Part shown: in pieces, positions 36,929 to 47,600 of the stretch | How positions within the stretch are numbered: position 1 is the first letter of the stretch | Layout: each line of letters opens with the position of its first letter | Virus record (IMG/VR): IMGVR_UViG_3300044639_000880 | Span: 1-64,000 of that record | DNA: 64,000 bases | Reading direction: 5' to 3' (one strand) | From: an uncultured virus (IMG/VR IMGVR_UViG_3300044639_000880) | Lineage: Duplodnaviria; Heunggongvirae; Uroviricota; Caudoviricetes | The notes under the pieces: generated by a model | What the model was told of the DNA's origin: nothing | What the model saw: only the letters and a program-made list of their open reading frames with translations | Databases searched by the model: none | Made by a program: the position numbers and the translations under genes

Positions 36929-36957
36929 AACCCCGGTTAAATTATACTGGGGTTTTT
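36929..36957 (+). terminator. Intrinsic terminator
   Basis: AACCCCGG / CTGGGGTT stem (one G-U pair) followed by Ts. Confidence 0.75.
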
Positions 36958-36988
36958 GCTACTTGAAAAAAAAGATGTAAATTTAGCT

Positions 36989-37582
36989 ATGATAAAAGAG
37001 TTTAAAAAGCCAGACTTAACCGCTCCAAGATGTAGACCCGGAGCACATAAAATAGTGAATGCTAGCTTTTTAAAAGAGTTTAAAGAAAAGCATCCTCAAT
37101 ATAAAGACTTAACTAATCATGAGATTAATCTTATTCTATCTACTTTTCATGGAAAGTTGTGGGATCATACTCTTCTTAATAGAGATGGTATAGAGCTATT
37201 AGAAGGATTGGGTTATATATTTATTGGAACTTGTTTTTCAGCTAAAAAATTTAATATTGATGTAGCTAATTCTATAAAGAATAAGTTTAAAACTAGACAT
37301 AACAATTTTGAATCTGATAATTATTTAGCAAAAATATTTTATACAAATTTTTCTACTAAGTATAGATTTAAAAATAGAGAGATGTGGACTTTTAAAGCAA
37401 CAAGAGATTTTAAAAGAAGTGTAGCTAAAGTATATCCTGTAAACTGGAAACTTTATGTACAAGTTGAGAGCGGAAAAAATATTGCTAACTACATGAAAAG
37501 AGCTAGAAAGAATGATTACTTTAGAAAGATTGGAGAAACTTTTATAGCTGATTCTTCATATAATGAATTTGATTTAAACTAG
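36989..37582 (+). CDS. IHF/HU-like protein of the crAss-like tail module
   Basis: Likely start MIKEFK at 36989; two helices plus DGIELLEGLGYIFIG hairpin; synteny. Confidence 0.6.
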   Translation: MIKEFKKPDLTAPRCRPGAHKIVNASFLKEFKEKHPQYKDLTNHEINLILSTFHGKLWDHTLLNRDGIELLEGLGYIFIGTCFSAKKFNIDVANSIKNKFKTRHNNFESDNYLAKIFYTNFSTKYRFKNREMWTFKATRDFKRSVAKVYPVNWKLYVQVESGKNIANYMKRARKNDYFRKIGETFIADSSYNEFDLN

Positions 37583-37588
37583 TATACA

Positions 37589-38260
37589 ATGACAACAATA
37601 GGTGAAGCTATCTCAAGAGTTCGTAATACAATCAAAGGTGTAAAAGAAGATGCCTTTCTTACAGATAGATTTATATACAGTCTTCTTATTAAACATGCTA
37701 ATTATATTGTCCGCAAGTTGGACAATGAGAATAAGATCATGCGTATCCAAAGCTTATTTGAGAAAATACCTTGTGTAGATCTTATTGAAGTAAGTACTAT
37801 TGACGCGTGTTGTGCAGGTGTGAAAACCAACTGTACTATAATGAGAACTAAAGAACATATACCAGAACCTATGGAAGGATCTGAAGGACCATTAATTAGA
37901 ACAGTTACTTCTTTAGATGGTTCTATTATCATGAATAATACAAATCCAAGTACTTATGTATACATGACTGGCCAACCTACTTTCAAATATAATAAAACTA
38001 AGTACTACTGGTATCTAGAAGGACATTTATATTTTCCAAATATTGAGTGGGAAGGTGTAAGAGTAGATGGTATATTTACATCATCTACAAAGAAGTTTCA
38101 CTGTGATCAAGATCCGTGTGCACCAAGACAGGATGATAGATTAGCAGTTCCAGAATTTATATTTGCTGAAGTAGAACAATTAGTTTTGAAAGATCTTGCA
38201 TTTATGTTGCAAACACCAACAGAGACACAAGACGATAAAATGAATCCTTTAAGATCTTAA
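37589..38260 (+). CDS. Putative tail ring/tubular protein
   Basis: crAss-like synteny; YYWYLEGHLYFPN segment; C-terminal D..NP. Confidence 0.65.
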   Translation: MTTIGEAISRVRNTIKGVKEDAFLTDRFIYSLLIKHANYIVRKLDNENKIMRIQSLFEKIPCVDLIEVSTIDACCAGVKTNCTIMRTKEHIPEPMEGSEGPLIRTVTSLDGSIIMNNTNPSTYVYMTGQPTFKYNKTKYYWYLEGHLYFPNIEWEGVRVDGIFTSSTKKFHCDQDPCAPRQDDRLAVPEFIFAEVEQLVLKDLAFMLQTPTETQDDKMNPLRS

Positions 38261-38264
38261 ATCC

Positions 38265-39293
38265 ATGAGTTATAACTATACCCTTAGATACAGAACATTT
38301 GACCAGCTTCTTGATGCTGCCAGAATAGATCTTACTCAATATGATTTAACTAATTATATTGAACCTCAGCAATTGATTAAAGTTGCTAAAAGAGTTAACT
38401 ATGATCTTGGATTAAGAATCATGGGTACAAAAGAAACTTTATTAGAAGTAAAAAAAGGAAAAGTAAGATTACCCACAGACTTTTATGTATTGAATTATGC
38501 ATTAGTTTGTGATAATGTAACTGTGCACGAGCCCGTAAGCCAAGGCACTTTTATAGAAGAGAGACCTGTAGGAATTCCTACTTATAAATCAATTGGTCCA
38601 GCTGTTATCAACTCTTGTACAGATGGTACTGTTAACTGTCAGACCTGTGGTATTCCTTGTAATACTTGTACTTGTCAACAACTTCCTGCAGCATGTCCTG
38701 CTTTACCGGATGATCAGAGTTATTGTAAAACTCCTAGACTTGAGTTAAACTGTAAAGGTGAGAGCTTTGAATTAGTGCAGATTGTTCATGGTACAACGCG
38801 TACTTATAGAAGGATGTGGCCATTAAGACTTATTACAAATAATGAAACTATTGCTTGTGATTGTCCTAATCTTTATGTAAAGTCTGCAGATCATGCTTGG
38901 ATTCAAGGTGATTTCTTATTTACTAATTTAGAAACAGCTAATATTTATATTAGTTACCAAGGTCAATTAGAAGATGATAATGGAAACTTATTAGTTCCGG
39001 ATCATGATTTACTTAATGAGTATTATGAATATGCTATTAAGCAACGGATTCTAGAGAACTTAATTATGAATGATGAGCCTGTAGGTCAGAAGTTACAATT
39101 AGTTGAAGCAAGATTACGTGTAGCAAAAAGTGCAGCTAATGCTCTTGTGCACACTCCCAATTTTGCAGAGATGCGTGAGATGTGGTGGACTAACAGAAAA
39201 GCTCAGTATGGTAAATACTATGAGGCTTTTAAGTCTTATCCGTGGAACCAACAAAGTAATCCTAATGTTAATGGTCAAATGAATAGATTCTAA
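38265..39293 (+). CDS. Putative tail ring/tubular protein (with Cys-rich insert)
   Basis: V..GKVRLPTDF...ISYQG...DD.G.LLVPD...EYYEYAIK pattern. Confidence 0.65.
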   Translation: MSYNYTLRYRTFDQLLDAARIDLTQYDLTNYIEPQQLIKVAKRVNYDLGLRIMGTKETLLEVKKGKVRLPTDFYVLNYALVCDNVTVHEPVSQGTFIEERPVGIPTYKSIGPAVINSCTDGTVNCQTCGIPCNTCTCQQLPAACPALPDDQSYCKTPRLELNCKGESFELVQIVHGTTRTYRRMWPLRLITNNETIACDCPNLYVKSADHAWIQGDFLFTNLETANIYISYQGQLEDDNGNLLVPDHDLLNEYYEYAIKQRILENLIMNDEPVGQKLQLVEARLRVAKSAANALVHTPNFAEMREMWWTNRKAQYGKYYEAFKSYPWNQQSNPNVNGQMNRF

Positions 39294-42200
39294 TGGCAGA
39301 GCAAAATAACAGTACTAGCAGCAATGACTCAAAGAGTTTTGATAAATCACTTAACAAAGATGTTAATGATTTTCACTTGCCCACCAATGAATGGAGCGGA
39401 GCTAGAAATGCTATAAACAATTCTATCACCGGTGATTTAGGTAAATTAGGTAATGAACCCGCAAACTTATTATGTCTGACAACAGATTTAAAGTATCCTA
39501 TAATTGGGTTCATTCATATTATAGAAGATAAATGGGCTGTGTTTTCTACAGACAGTGTTAATTCTGAAATTGGTCTGTTTGTAGAAAGTAATTGTGGTGT
39601 TCCAGATCCTATAAAGAACCCTGCATACAGTGTTGTTGTTAATGCAGCCTGTCTTAATTTTAAACCGGAGAACCTGATCATAGGTGTTAGCCGTGCTACA
39701 AGTACTTGTACATACAAATTATATTGGGATGATGGTCTTAATCCATCTAGAGTACTTGAGATTGATGTAGATAATCCTCTTAACAATCTTCCTTTTCTTC
39801 CTCCTCCAGCGCCTCCAGGAACTAACAATCCTAACAGTCCTATTCCTTGGGTACAGAACTGTGTTGATTCAAATGGTCCAGCTCCTGGTGGATGTATCAT
39901 CTGTACCAACACTCCGGTTCTAGATTGTGATAAGTTAAGACTTGCTCAATTTATGAGTCCTATTTGTCCTAGAGTAGCTAATGGTGTATCTGGTGGGAAT
40001 CTTTTAAATGGTTCTTACCTGGTTGCTATGGCGTATGCTATCAAAGGCCAAAAAATAAGTGACTGGTATGTATCAAATGTGCAATCTCTATGGACCCAAG
40101 GAAATTCATCAGGATCACTTGATGTCTTTATAGATAGCATTGATCTAGATTTTGATGAGATTCTAGTTACTCTTATCTCAGTAGTTAATCAACAAGCTGT
40201 TGGTAGAGATGCTGGTATATACAGCACACGTCAAACAAGATTAAGCTTTGATATTATTAATGATGCTTGGCCGGCTGTTCCTGTGGAGCAACTTCCAATC
40301 ATGACTCCTATTGTAGATAAGTCAGATGCTATGTATGCAGTAGGTGATTACTTAATACGCGTAGGACCAACAAACAAACAAGACTTTAATTATCAACCCT
40401 TAGCTAATCAGATAGTAGCTAAGTGGCAATCTGTAGAATATTCCGGAGACTATTATGCAAAAGGTGGTAATAAAACTAACTACATGCGCGATGAAGTATA
40501 TGCATTTTTCATCCAGTGGATTTATGATACAGGTGATAAGTCTGCTTCATATCATATCCCAGGTAGACCGGCTTTTCCTAATGATATTACACCAGCTAAT
40601 GTTTTAAATGCTTTTACCGGAGATACTCTTAATTGGCAAGTAGAAAATACAGCAACAGCTATTCCTATAGCTCCTGTACCTCAATCCGATGGTGGAGTTC
40701 TTATAGGAGAAGGTTATATGGGATACTGGGAATCAACTGAATTCTATCCAGATAAAACACCTCAAATATGGAATGCTGATTCACAATGTTGGTCATCATT
40801 AACTCCTAATCTTATACCAAATTGTACAGAACCTATTCCTCCAATTCCTTATCCGGGAACTGTTGCAGGAAATGCTTCATACAATTTATGTGGGACTCCT
40901 ATTAGACATCATAAGTTTCCTGAAGACAATCTTACTGCTGAGACTAACCGATACAATGCAGGCTTGGGCACCACAATAAGAATCATGGGAGTTAAGTTTG
41001 AGAATATCAGAGCTCCTAGAGATAACTCAGGTAATCTTATTCCTGGAATTATTGGATATAGAATATTGAGAGGCACGCGTAATGGTAACAAGACTATTAT
41101 TGCTAAGGGTATGATTAATAACATGCATGAGTATACTGTACCAGGAAGTACTAAGAGTCACTACATGCCTAACTATCCTTATAATGATCTTGAGGCTGAT
41201 CCATTCTTAAGTACTACTAAAACATTTACATCATCTTCCTTTAATCCACTAGGTAATGGTGGTGGTGTTCAAGGAGATACACCCTTTCCAGGAGGTTTTG
41301 GTAGTTTGCAGTTTAGTCCAAACTATGTAACTTTTCATTCACCAGATACTAATTTTAAAGATCCTTTTTTATCAGCTAAAGAACTTAGAATATATCAAAA
41401 TATTCATGGTGATGTTACTGGTAAATTTGAATTATCTGAGAAGCATCCTAGAGAAAAGCTTATGACAGATTATGTATTTTTAGTATCTGCTATAGGTGGT
41501 TTAGGAATTGCTGCTTTAAACTTAAATGGTGAAAGAACAACTAATACTAATGTACCAAATTATCAAGGATTTTCTTATAGAGAGTTGTATTCTAAGACAG
41601 CTGATTATGATTTAGACCATGGGGGAACTAATACTTTACAACCAGGTGGCATACAAACCTATGGCCCAGCAATGCCGAATGCTGGAACATTAACTCAAAC
41701 TACGGGTGCAACCACAAATGTAAATGAGAATACTACTGGTGATGTTACAAATTCTGCACCTATTAAAGCCGGTTTTGCTTCTGGACCAGATCCTGACTTT
41801 TGGGATACACTTCTAATACAAGGTCCTTTAATAACGCAACTTGGATTCTTTAATGCATATGCGGGCACAGTGGGTTTGAGCAATCTTATAGGTGCTACTA
41901 CTGGTTCAGGAGGTCCGGCTGATAGTTTAAAAACTCAAGCTGGTTTAATGAATAATGATGCGGCTATCTTTAATGCGGGTGGCTCTTGGGCATACGGTAC
42001 TACTAATATATCTTACAAGGATGGTCAACAAAATAGAATTCCAAGTTTTTTAAATACAGTTGTAGCACTTCCTACATTCTTAAATTACTTTAGTGATGGT
42101 ACTGATAGTTTTATAAGATTGATTTTAGCTATTTTAAGATATAGAGATTATGCTGTAAGATATCATTCACATGGTTTTTATAATAAGACAGATTTAAAAC

Positions 42201-44689
42201 CTACTGTTTTTAGAACTACTTTAGCTTCTCAACAATATATTGATCCTGAAATACTAGATTATCAACCAGGAGTAGTTGTTAATAATTTATATAGACAAAG
42301 AACTGTTGTCTTAGAGATGGGAAAATCCTTTGGTGTAGATATAGCTCCGCCACCAGTTATTGATAAAACTAGATATGATGCGGCAGGCTTAACTGCTCCT
42401 GGTTTTTGGGATGTTAATATATTTAATAATCCTATATATACTATAGAAGATTTATGTTCAAAAGAAATTACAGGATCTCAAACTAAAAATAATGGTCAAA
42501 TATGTTCATCTTATTATGCTGCTTTAAAAGTAAGAATAGATAATCAATATGGACAACTTAATAGAATAGTACAAGTTCCTATTGATAATTGTTATGTACC
42601 GGTTACAATTAATAAAGTAACTAAACAAATTGTTCCTGGAAAAGGTAACTTTACAAAGTCTTTATTTGGTGGAGATACTTATGTAAATAGATATACAGAA
42701 AAGAATAACTTTCAATTCTTTTATGATTGGTTATATGGAGAACCAGAAGGTGCACAATTTAATTACCAGCAGCACAATATGATTCCATATCCTAAGTATT
42801 GGGCTAATTTTAATAAGTTTCAGACTAGTGATTTTACAACATCTTTTACAGCATTTTTAATTAATCCTGTTAACTGGCCTAATATAGGTAATCCGGGAAC
42901 AATAATTACTCCTAGAGATTATTATGCATTAGATGGTCCTGGTAATTCTGGACCATGGGTTACTAATATTAAAGATAATTTTAGATTTGATAAGAGAGGT
43001 TGGTTCTATTTATTTAATTCTGGTATCAGAGACTTCTTTGTAGAGAGTGAGATAAATCTAGCACAGCGTGAGCGCGGAGAGCTACAAGCTGAAAGATTTT
43101 ACAATCCTTACTTTGGAGGAAACTCAAAAGATCTAACAACAACTGATATTATTAAAGTAGGTAATTATTATAAGTATGATGAGTCATTAAGTATAGCTAA
43201 GTTATTTATTAACTATGCATCTTGGGCATCAACTCAATCACCAAGTTATAATCCTTATATAGCAGAGACTTGTTTTCTGTATCAACCTAAAAGAGTTATC
43301 TATTCTTTACCAGCTCAGTTTGAAGGATTAAGAGATGGATGGAAAATCTTCTTACCTAATAACTATCAAGATTTTCTTAATATTGTTACTTGTATAAAGC
43401 CTGTAAATAAAAGTGGTGCTATGATATTCTTTGATGCAGCTAGTCCTGTTCAATTTCAAGGCACTGATCAATTACAAACAGACTTAGGTACCAAGCTTAC
43501 TATTGGTGATGGTGGATTATTTACTCAACCTCTACAAGCTCTTATTAATGTTGATGCATCTCATGAGTATGCTAGTTGTCAAAATAGATTAAGTGTTATT
43601 AATACACCAGCTGGTTTATTCTGGATGAGTCAAAACCAAGGTAAAGTATTTAGTCTTGCTGATGGTATCAAGGAAGTTTCTAATATTAATCTTAAGTGGT
43701 GGTTTGCAAAATATTTACCTTATAAGATCATAGAAGATTTTCCTGATTTTGCACTAATAGATAATCCTGTAATAGGTGTAGGATGTCAATCTATTTATGA
43801 TAATCAAAATGGCTTAATTTATTTCTGTAAAAAAGATTATATTTTAAGAAAAGATATAACTGAGACTCTTACTTATGTTGGATCAAATAAATTTAAAGTA
43901 GTTGAAACAGGCGCTCCTGTTATACTTGGTAATCCTTTATTCTTTGAAGATGCTAGTTGGACAATAAGTTATGATCCTAAAACTGGAGGTTGGTTAAGTC
44001 AACATGATTGGCACCCAACATTAAACATGCCGGGTAAGAATACTTTCATGACAGTTAATCCTACAGATAAGAAAGGTATATGGATACACAATACAAGATG
44101 TGATCTTTATGCTAATTACTATGGTAAGAATTATCCTTTTGAAGTAGAGTTCATAGTTAACAGTGGACAGCAAATTAATACTCTAAGAAGTATTGAGTAC
44201 ATCATGGAGGTTTATAAGTACGCGGAGAATTGTTATGATAGATTCCATGTATTAGATTTCAACTTTGATGAAGCTGTTATTTACAACACGGAGCAGGTCT
44301 CAGGTTTACTTAAGTTAAATCTTAGCCCACTGAATAATCCATTTGGTTTATTAAACTATCCTGTTGTAGGCCCAACTGATATTCAGATCCTATTTACTAA
44401 GAAAGAGAACAAATACAGATTTAATCAGTTCTGGGATATTACAGATGATAGAGGAGAATTCTTCAATCCAGCTATTCCAGGATTTGCTCAAAGACCTATT
44501 TGGGATACCAAACCAAATGGTTATATTAGAACTCTGAATCCTAGTAACTTAAATTATAGTAAAGATCCTTTTCAAAGAAAAAAATTCAGACACTACACTG
44601 TCTCTGTTTTATTAAGAAGAAAAGTATCCGGAGATAAGAAGATGCTAGTGATGATAGCAAATGTTAAGAACCTTTATTCACCAAGATAA
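39293..44689 (+). CDS. Tail stabilisation / muzzle protein (beta-propeller type)
   Basis: 1798 aa; LNKD....W..ARN..N N-terminus, YWDDGLNP.R, YMRDEVY.F, WTISYDP...W.S.HDW.P motifs; precedes the cargo genes. Confidence 0.78.
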   Translation: MAEQNNSTSSNDSKSFDKSLNKDVNDFHLPTNEWSGARNAINNSITGDLGKLGNEPANLLCLTTDLKYPIIGFIHIIEDKWAVFSTDSVNSEIGLFVESNCGVPDPIKNPAYSVVVNAACLNFKPENLIIGVSRATSTCTYKLYWDDGLNPSRVLEIDVDNPLNNLPFLPPPAPPGTNNPNSPIPWVQNCVDSNGPAPGGCIICTNTPVLDCDKLRLAQFMSPICPRVANGVSGGNLLNGSYLVAMAYAIKGQKISDWYVSNVQSLWTQGNSSGSLDVFIDSIDLDFDEILVTLISVVNQQAVGRDAGIYSTRQTRLSFDIINDAWPAVPVEQLPIMTPIVDKSDAMYAVGDYLIRVGPTNKQDFNYQPLANQIVAKWQSVEYSGDYYAKGGNKTNYMRDEVYAFFIQWIYDTGDKSASYHIPGRPAFPNDITPANVLNAFTGDTLNWQVENTATAIPIAPVPQSDGGVLIGEGYMGYWESTEFYPDKTPQIWNADSQCWSSLTPNLIPNCTEPIPPIPYPGTVAGNASYNLCGTPIRHHKFPEDNLTAETNRYNAGLGTTIRIMGVKFENIRAPRDNSGNLIPGIIGYRILRGTRNGNKTIIAKGMINNMHEYTVPGSTKSHYMPNYPYNDLEADPFLSTTKTFTSSSFNPLGNGGGVQGDTPFPGGFGSLQFSPNYVTFHSPDTNFKDPFLSAKELRIYQNIHGDVTGKFELSEKHPREKLMTDYVFLVSAIGGLGIAALNLNGERTTNTNVPNYQGFSYRELYSKTADYDLDHGGTNTLQPGGIQTYGPAMPNAGTLTQTTGATTNVNENTTGDVTNSAPIKAGFASGPDPDFWDTLLIQGPLITQLGFFNAYAGTVGLSNLIGATTGSGGPADSLKTQAGLMNNDAAIFNAGGSWAYGTTNISYKDGQQNRIPSFLNTVVALPTFLNYFSDGTDSFIRLILAILRYRDYAVRYHSHGFYNKTDLKPTVFRTTLASQQYIDPEILDYQPGVVVNNLYRQRTVVLEMGKSFGVDIAPPPVIDKTRYDAAGLTAPGFWDVNIFNNPIYTIEDLCSKEITGSQTKNNGQICSSYYAALKVRIDNQYGQLNRIVQVPIDNCYVPVTINKVTKQIVPGKGNFTKSLFGGDTYVNRYTEKNNFQFFYDWLYGEPEGAQFNYQQHNMIPYPKYWANFNKFQTSDFTTSFTAFLINPVNWPNIGNPGTIITPRDYYALDGPGNSGPWVTNIKDNFRFDKRGWFYLFNSGIRDFFVESEINLAQRERGELQAERFYNPYFGGNSKDLTTTDIIKVGNYYKYDESLSIAKLFINYASWASTQSPSYNPYIAETCFLYQPKRVIYSLPAQFEGLRDGWKIFLPNNYQDFLNIVTCIKPVNKSGAMIFFDAASPVQFQGTDQLQTDLGTKLTIGDGGLFTQPLQALINVDASHEYASCQNRLSVINTPAGLFWMSQNQGKVFSLADGIKEVSNINLKWWFAKYLPYKIIEDFPDFALIDNPVIGVGCQSIYDNQNGLIYFCKKDYILRKDITETLTYVGSNKFKVVETGAPVILGNPLFFEDASWTISYDPKTGGWLSQHDWHPTLNMPGKNTFMTVNPTDKKGIWIHNTRCDLYANYYGKNYPFEVEFIVNSGQQINTLRSIEYIMEVYKYAENCYDRFHVLDFNFDEAVIYNTEQVSGLLKLNLSPLNNPFGLLNYPVVGPTDIQILFTKKENKYRFNQFWDITDDRGEFFNPAIPGFAQRPIWDTKPNGYIRTLNPSNLNYSKDPFQRKKFRHYTVSVLLRRKVSGDKKMLVMIANVKNLYSPR

Positions 44690-47600
44690 TGAAGCAGAAC
44701 AAAGTACCTAAGAATGAATACACAAACGGGGAACCTTCTCCTTATAGAAAGAACCCTTTCAATAAAGATGTATTCTATGGAGATGATGGTCAATATGCAC
44801 ACCCTGGTCAAGTAACTAGAATACCTGGTGATGCTTTTGGTACTCATATAACAATGAAAGGTATCAATCAACCTTTGTATGCAAGAGATGATCAAGGTAA
44901 TGAACAGATGATGCAACCTGGTGAAGACTATACTTTTCCAGGACAGTATGTTACTGAGTATCCTCAAATACAAACAGCTCAATATGGTGAACAATTTAAT
45001 ACTTATGAAGCAGATCTTATATCTAAAGTATTAATGAATAGAAACAGAGATAAAGACTTTGTTAAAAGAGCTTATGATGTAGGAGCTTATCCTGATTCTA
45101 ATATGTTTACAGGATTAGATACAGAAGATTTTGGAAATAGAATGAGTCATAAAATGTCTTGGGGTGAAGATGATTCTGGACAAGCTTATATGTATCCTGA
45201 TATTTATAATCCTAACAATGAAGCTATAAAAGTTCCTAATCAATATGCAGATTATATATCTTCTGAAGGATATAAAAAAGCTACAGGAATGCCTGTTAAA
45301 AAATATGGTGGTGGACTTTTAAACAAGACTCTCACTTGTCCTAGTTGTGGTTGGTCTTGGAAAGCTGCAGATGGTGGTAAAGATATTGCAACATGTCATA
45401 AATGTGGAGGTACAGCTAAACTAGCTTATGGTGGAATACCTATGGCTCAAGAAGGATTTGAAAATCAAGAAGATCCTATAGCTCATCTTAAGTGGGGTAA
45501 GTATATTGATGATCCTAACAGAAGAAAACAACACATAGTTGATGTTTATCAATATCTTATGGATTCAAGATGGGATCCTAAGAATATTGTATCTTTTATG
45601 AAAAATGTAGGTGGCTATGGTTCTAAAAGCAGAGGGTCTCTTGCTAAGAGTGGAGCTGATTGGGGTTGGGATAATGAAGATATTACCAATGAAGTTTTAG
45701 GAGAAGCTTGGGATGACTATTACAACAAAGTAAGAAAGATTAAAAGCAAGCAAGCTTATGGCGGAAATCCTTCTCTACCTAACATAGAAAGTCATTATCA
45801 AAAAGGGGGCACTAAAATTTATACAGATAAAGCATTATTTGATAAAGCATACAAAGCTGAAACAGATAGTTTAAATCTTTATAATTTATCTAATCAATTA
45901 GTAAGAGGTAACTATGGATTTTCAGATAATTATGAATTTCCAGCAAATCCTAAATATTGGGAAGATTATAAAATTAAGTATAATCCTTCTGGTTTTACAA
46001 AAGACATTAATAATAATAAAATACCAATAGGTAGTAATAATACTAGAAAAGAAGTAGAAGCAAGTCTTAAAAGAAAAATTAAACCTCTTGGTTATACTTA
46101 TTCTGATTTTGCGGTACCGGTATATAAAAAACCAGTAATACATAATGTATATCAAGAACCTGTACCAGAAGCTGTCAAAGAACAACCTAAGAAAACAGAA
46201 GCTTCTAAGAAAGATTATCATCACAGACAAGTTGATTTCAGTAGTCCTTATGGTGCAGTGATGAAGTACTATGATGAGGCAGGAAAAGTAATAAGAGAAG
46301 AACCTTACAAAAAACCTTTTGGTGGTATACATAGTAAGACTCATACTCACATGCAAGAAGGTGGATGGTTAGATGACCTAGACAAATATCAAGGAGGCGG
46401 CTGGGATGAAAACTTTCAAAGACCTGGACCAGTTGCTGAAAACTCTATACCTGTTGCTAGCCCATCTTTTAATCCTAAAATATCACAAGAGTTTATACAG
46501 CAAAATGTTACTCCTTATTCTTATCAACTACCTCCTTTAAGAACTTTTAAAGATTTTAAAGGAAAAAGATCTAGTCCTGCTGTAGATTATAAGGATTACC
46601 TGGATTATAAATGGCATAGTGATAGAAATGATTTAGAATCAGCCGAAGATCTATATCAAAGGAGAGGAGAATGGGAGAATGAGATATTAGGATCAGAATT
46701 CTTAAAAGACCCTGAAATAAAAGCTTTTACAAAACTAGATAGGCTAGATGATGTTTATTATGATAAAAGTAAAGAAAACCAATATTATATTCCAAGTGGC
46801 AAAAAAATAAAACTTACACAAGGCAGATATAATCTTGGTAAGATTGATACAGGTCTTATAGATGAGGTTGTAAAAAAAGCTAAACAATACGGTGTTGATC
46901 CTTTAGATATATTATCAATTGCTGGTAGAGAATCTACTTTTGGACAACCTTATGGTGACCCAAGTAGTGTGAGACGAGAGAATGATTTAACAGAAGTATT
47001 TAGTGCCTGGGCAAATTCTGAGGCAAATGATGGTAATTTTTATAACTACTTTGGAAAAAAGAAACATCCAGGACTAAAGTTGGTAAAAAATAAAAGTGGA
47101 TGGAACTACCGTCCTGAAGATGAAAGCAAAAAAACTCAAATATTTACTCAAGAGGATGTAGATGAGTATTTAAAGTACAGACAAGAACAAGAAAAAATAA
47201 AATCTAAAGATAATGCTTTAGATTTTGTAGCAAAGAAGATAAAGAACAAGGAGCTTCATAAGTATAATCCTGGAGATCCTGATTATCAAAATAAACTTGC
47301 TAATGAGAAAAAACTTTTAGCTCAAGAAAAAGAGTTGATGAAATATCTTAAAAGTAACAAAGAAGATCAATTAACAACTAAACAATATGGTGGCTGGCTA
47401 GATGAACTAGATGAAGAATACAGAAGAGGTGGTATGGTTAATCCTCTAATGAAATCTAGAAGTAAGAGATCAGGAACATCTAAGAATATCCAGTCTTCTA
47501 TTAATAAGCTCTTCTTAAGAAACCGTGATATATTTGGACCAGGTGGTAAGAATATTTATGATCCAAAATCTAAGTATCAAGATGGTGGAGATCTTCCTAA

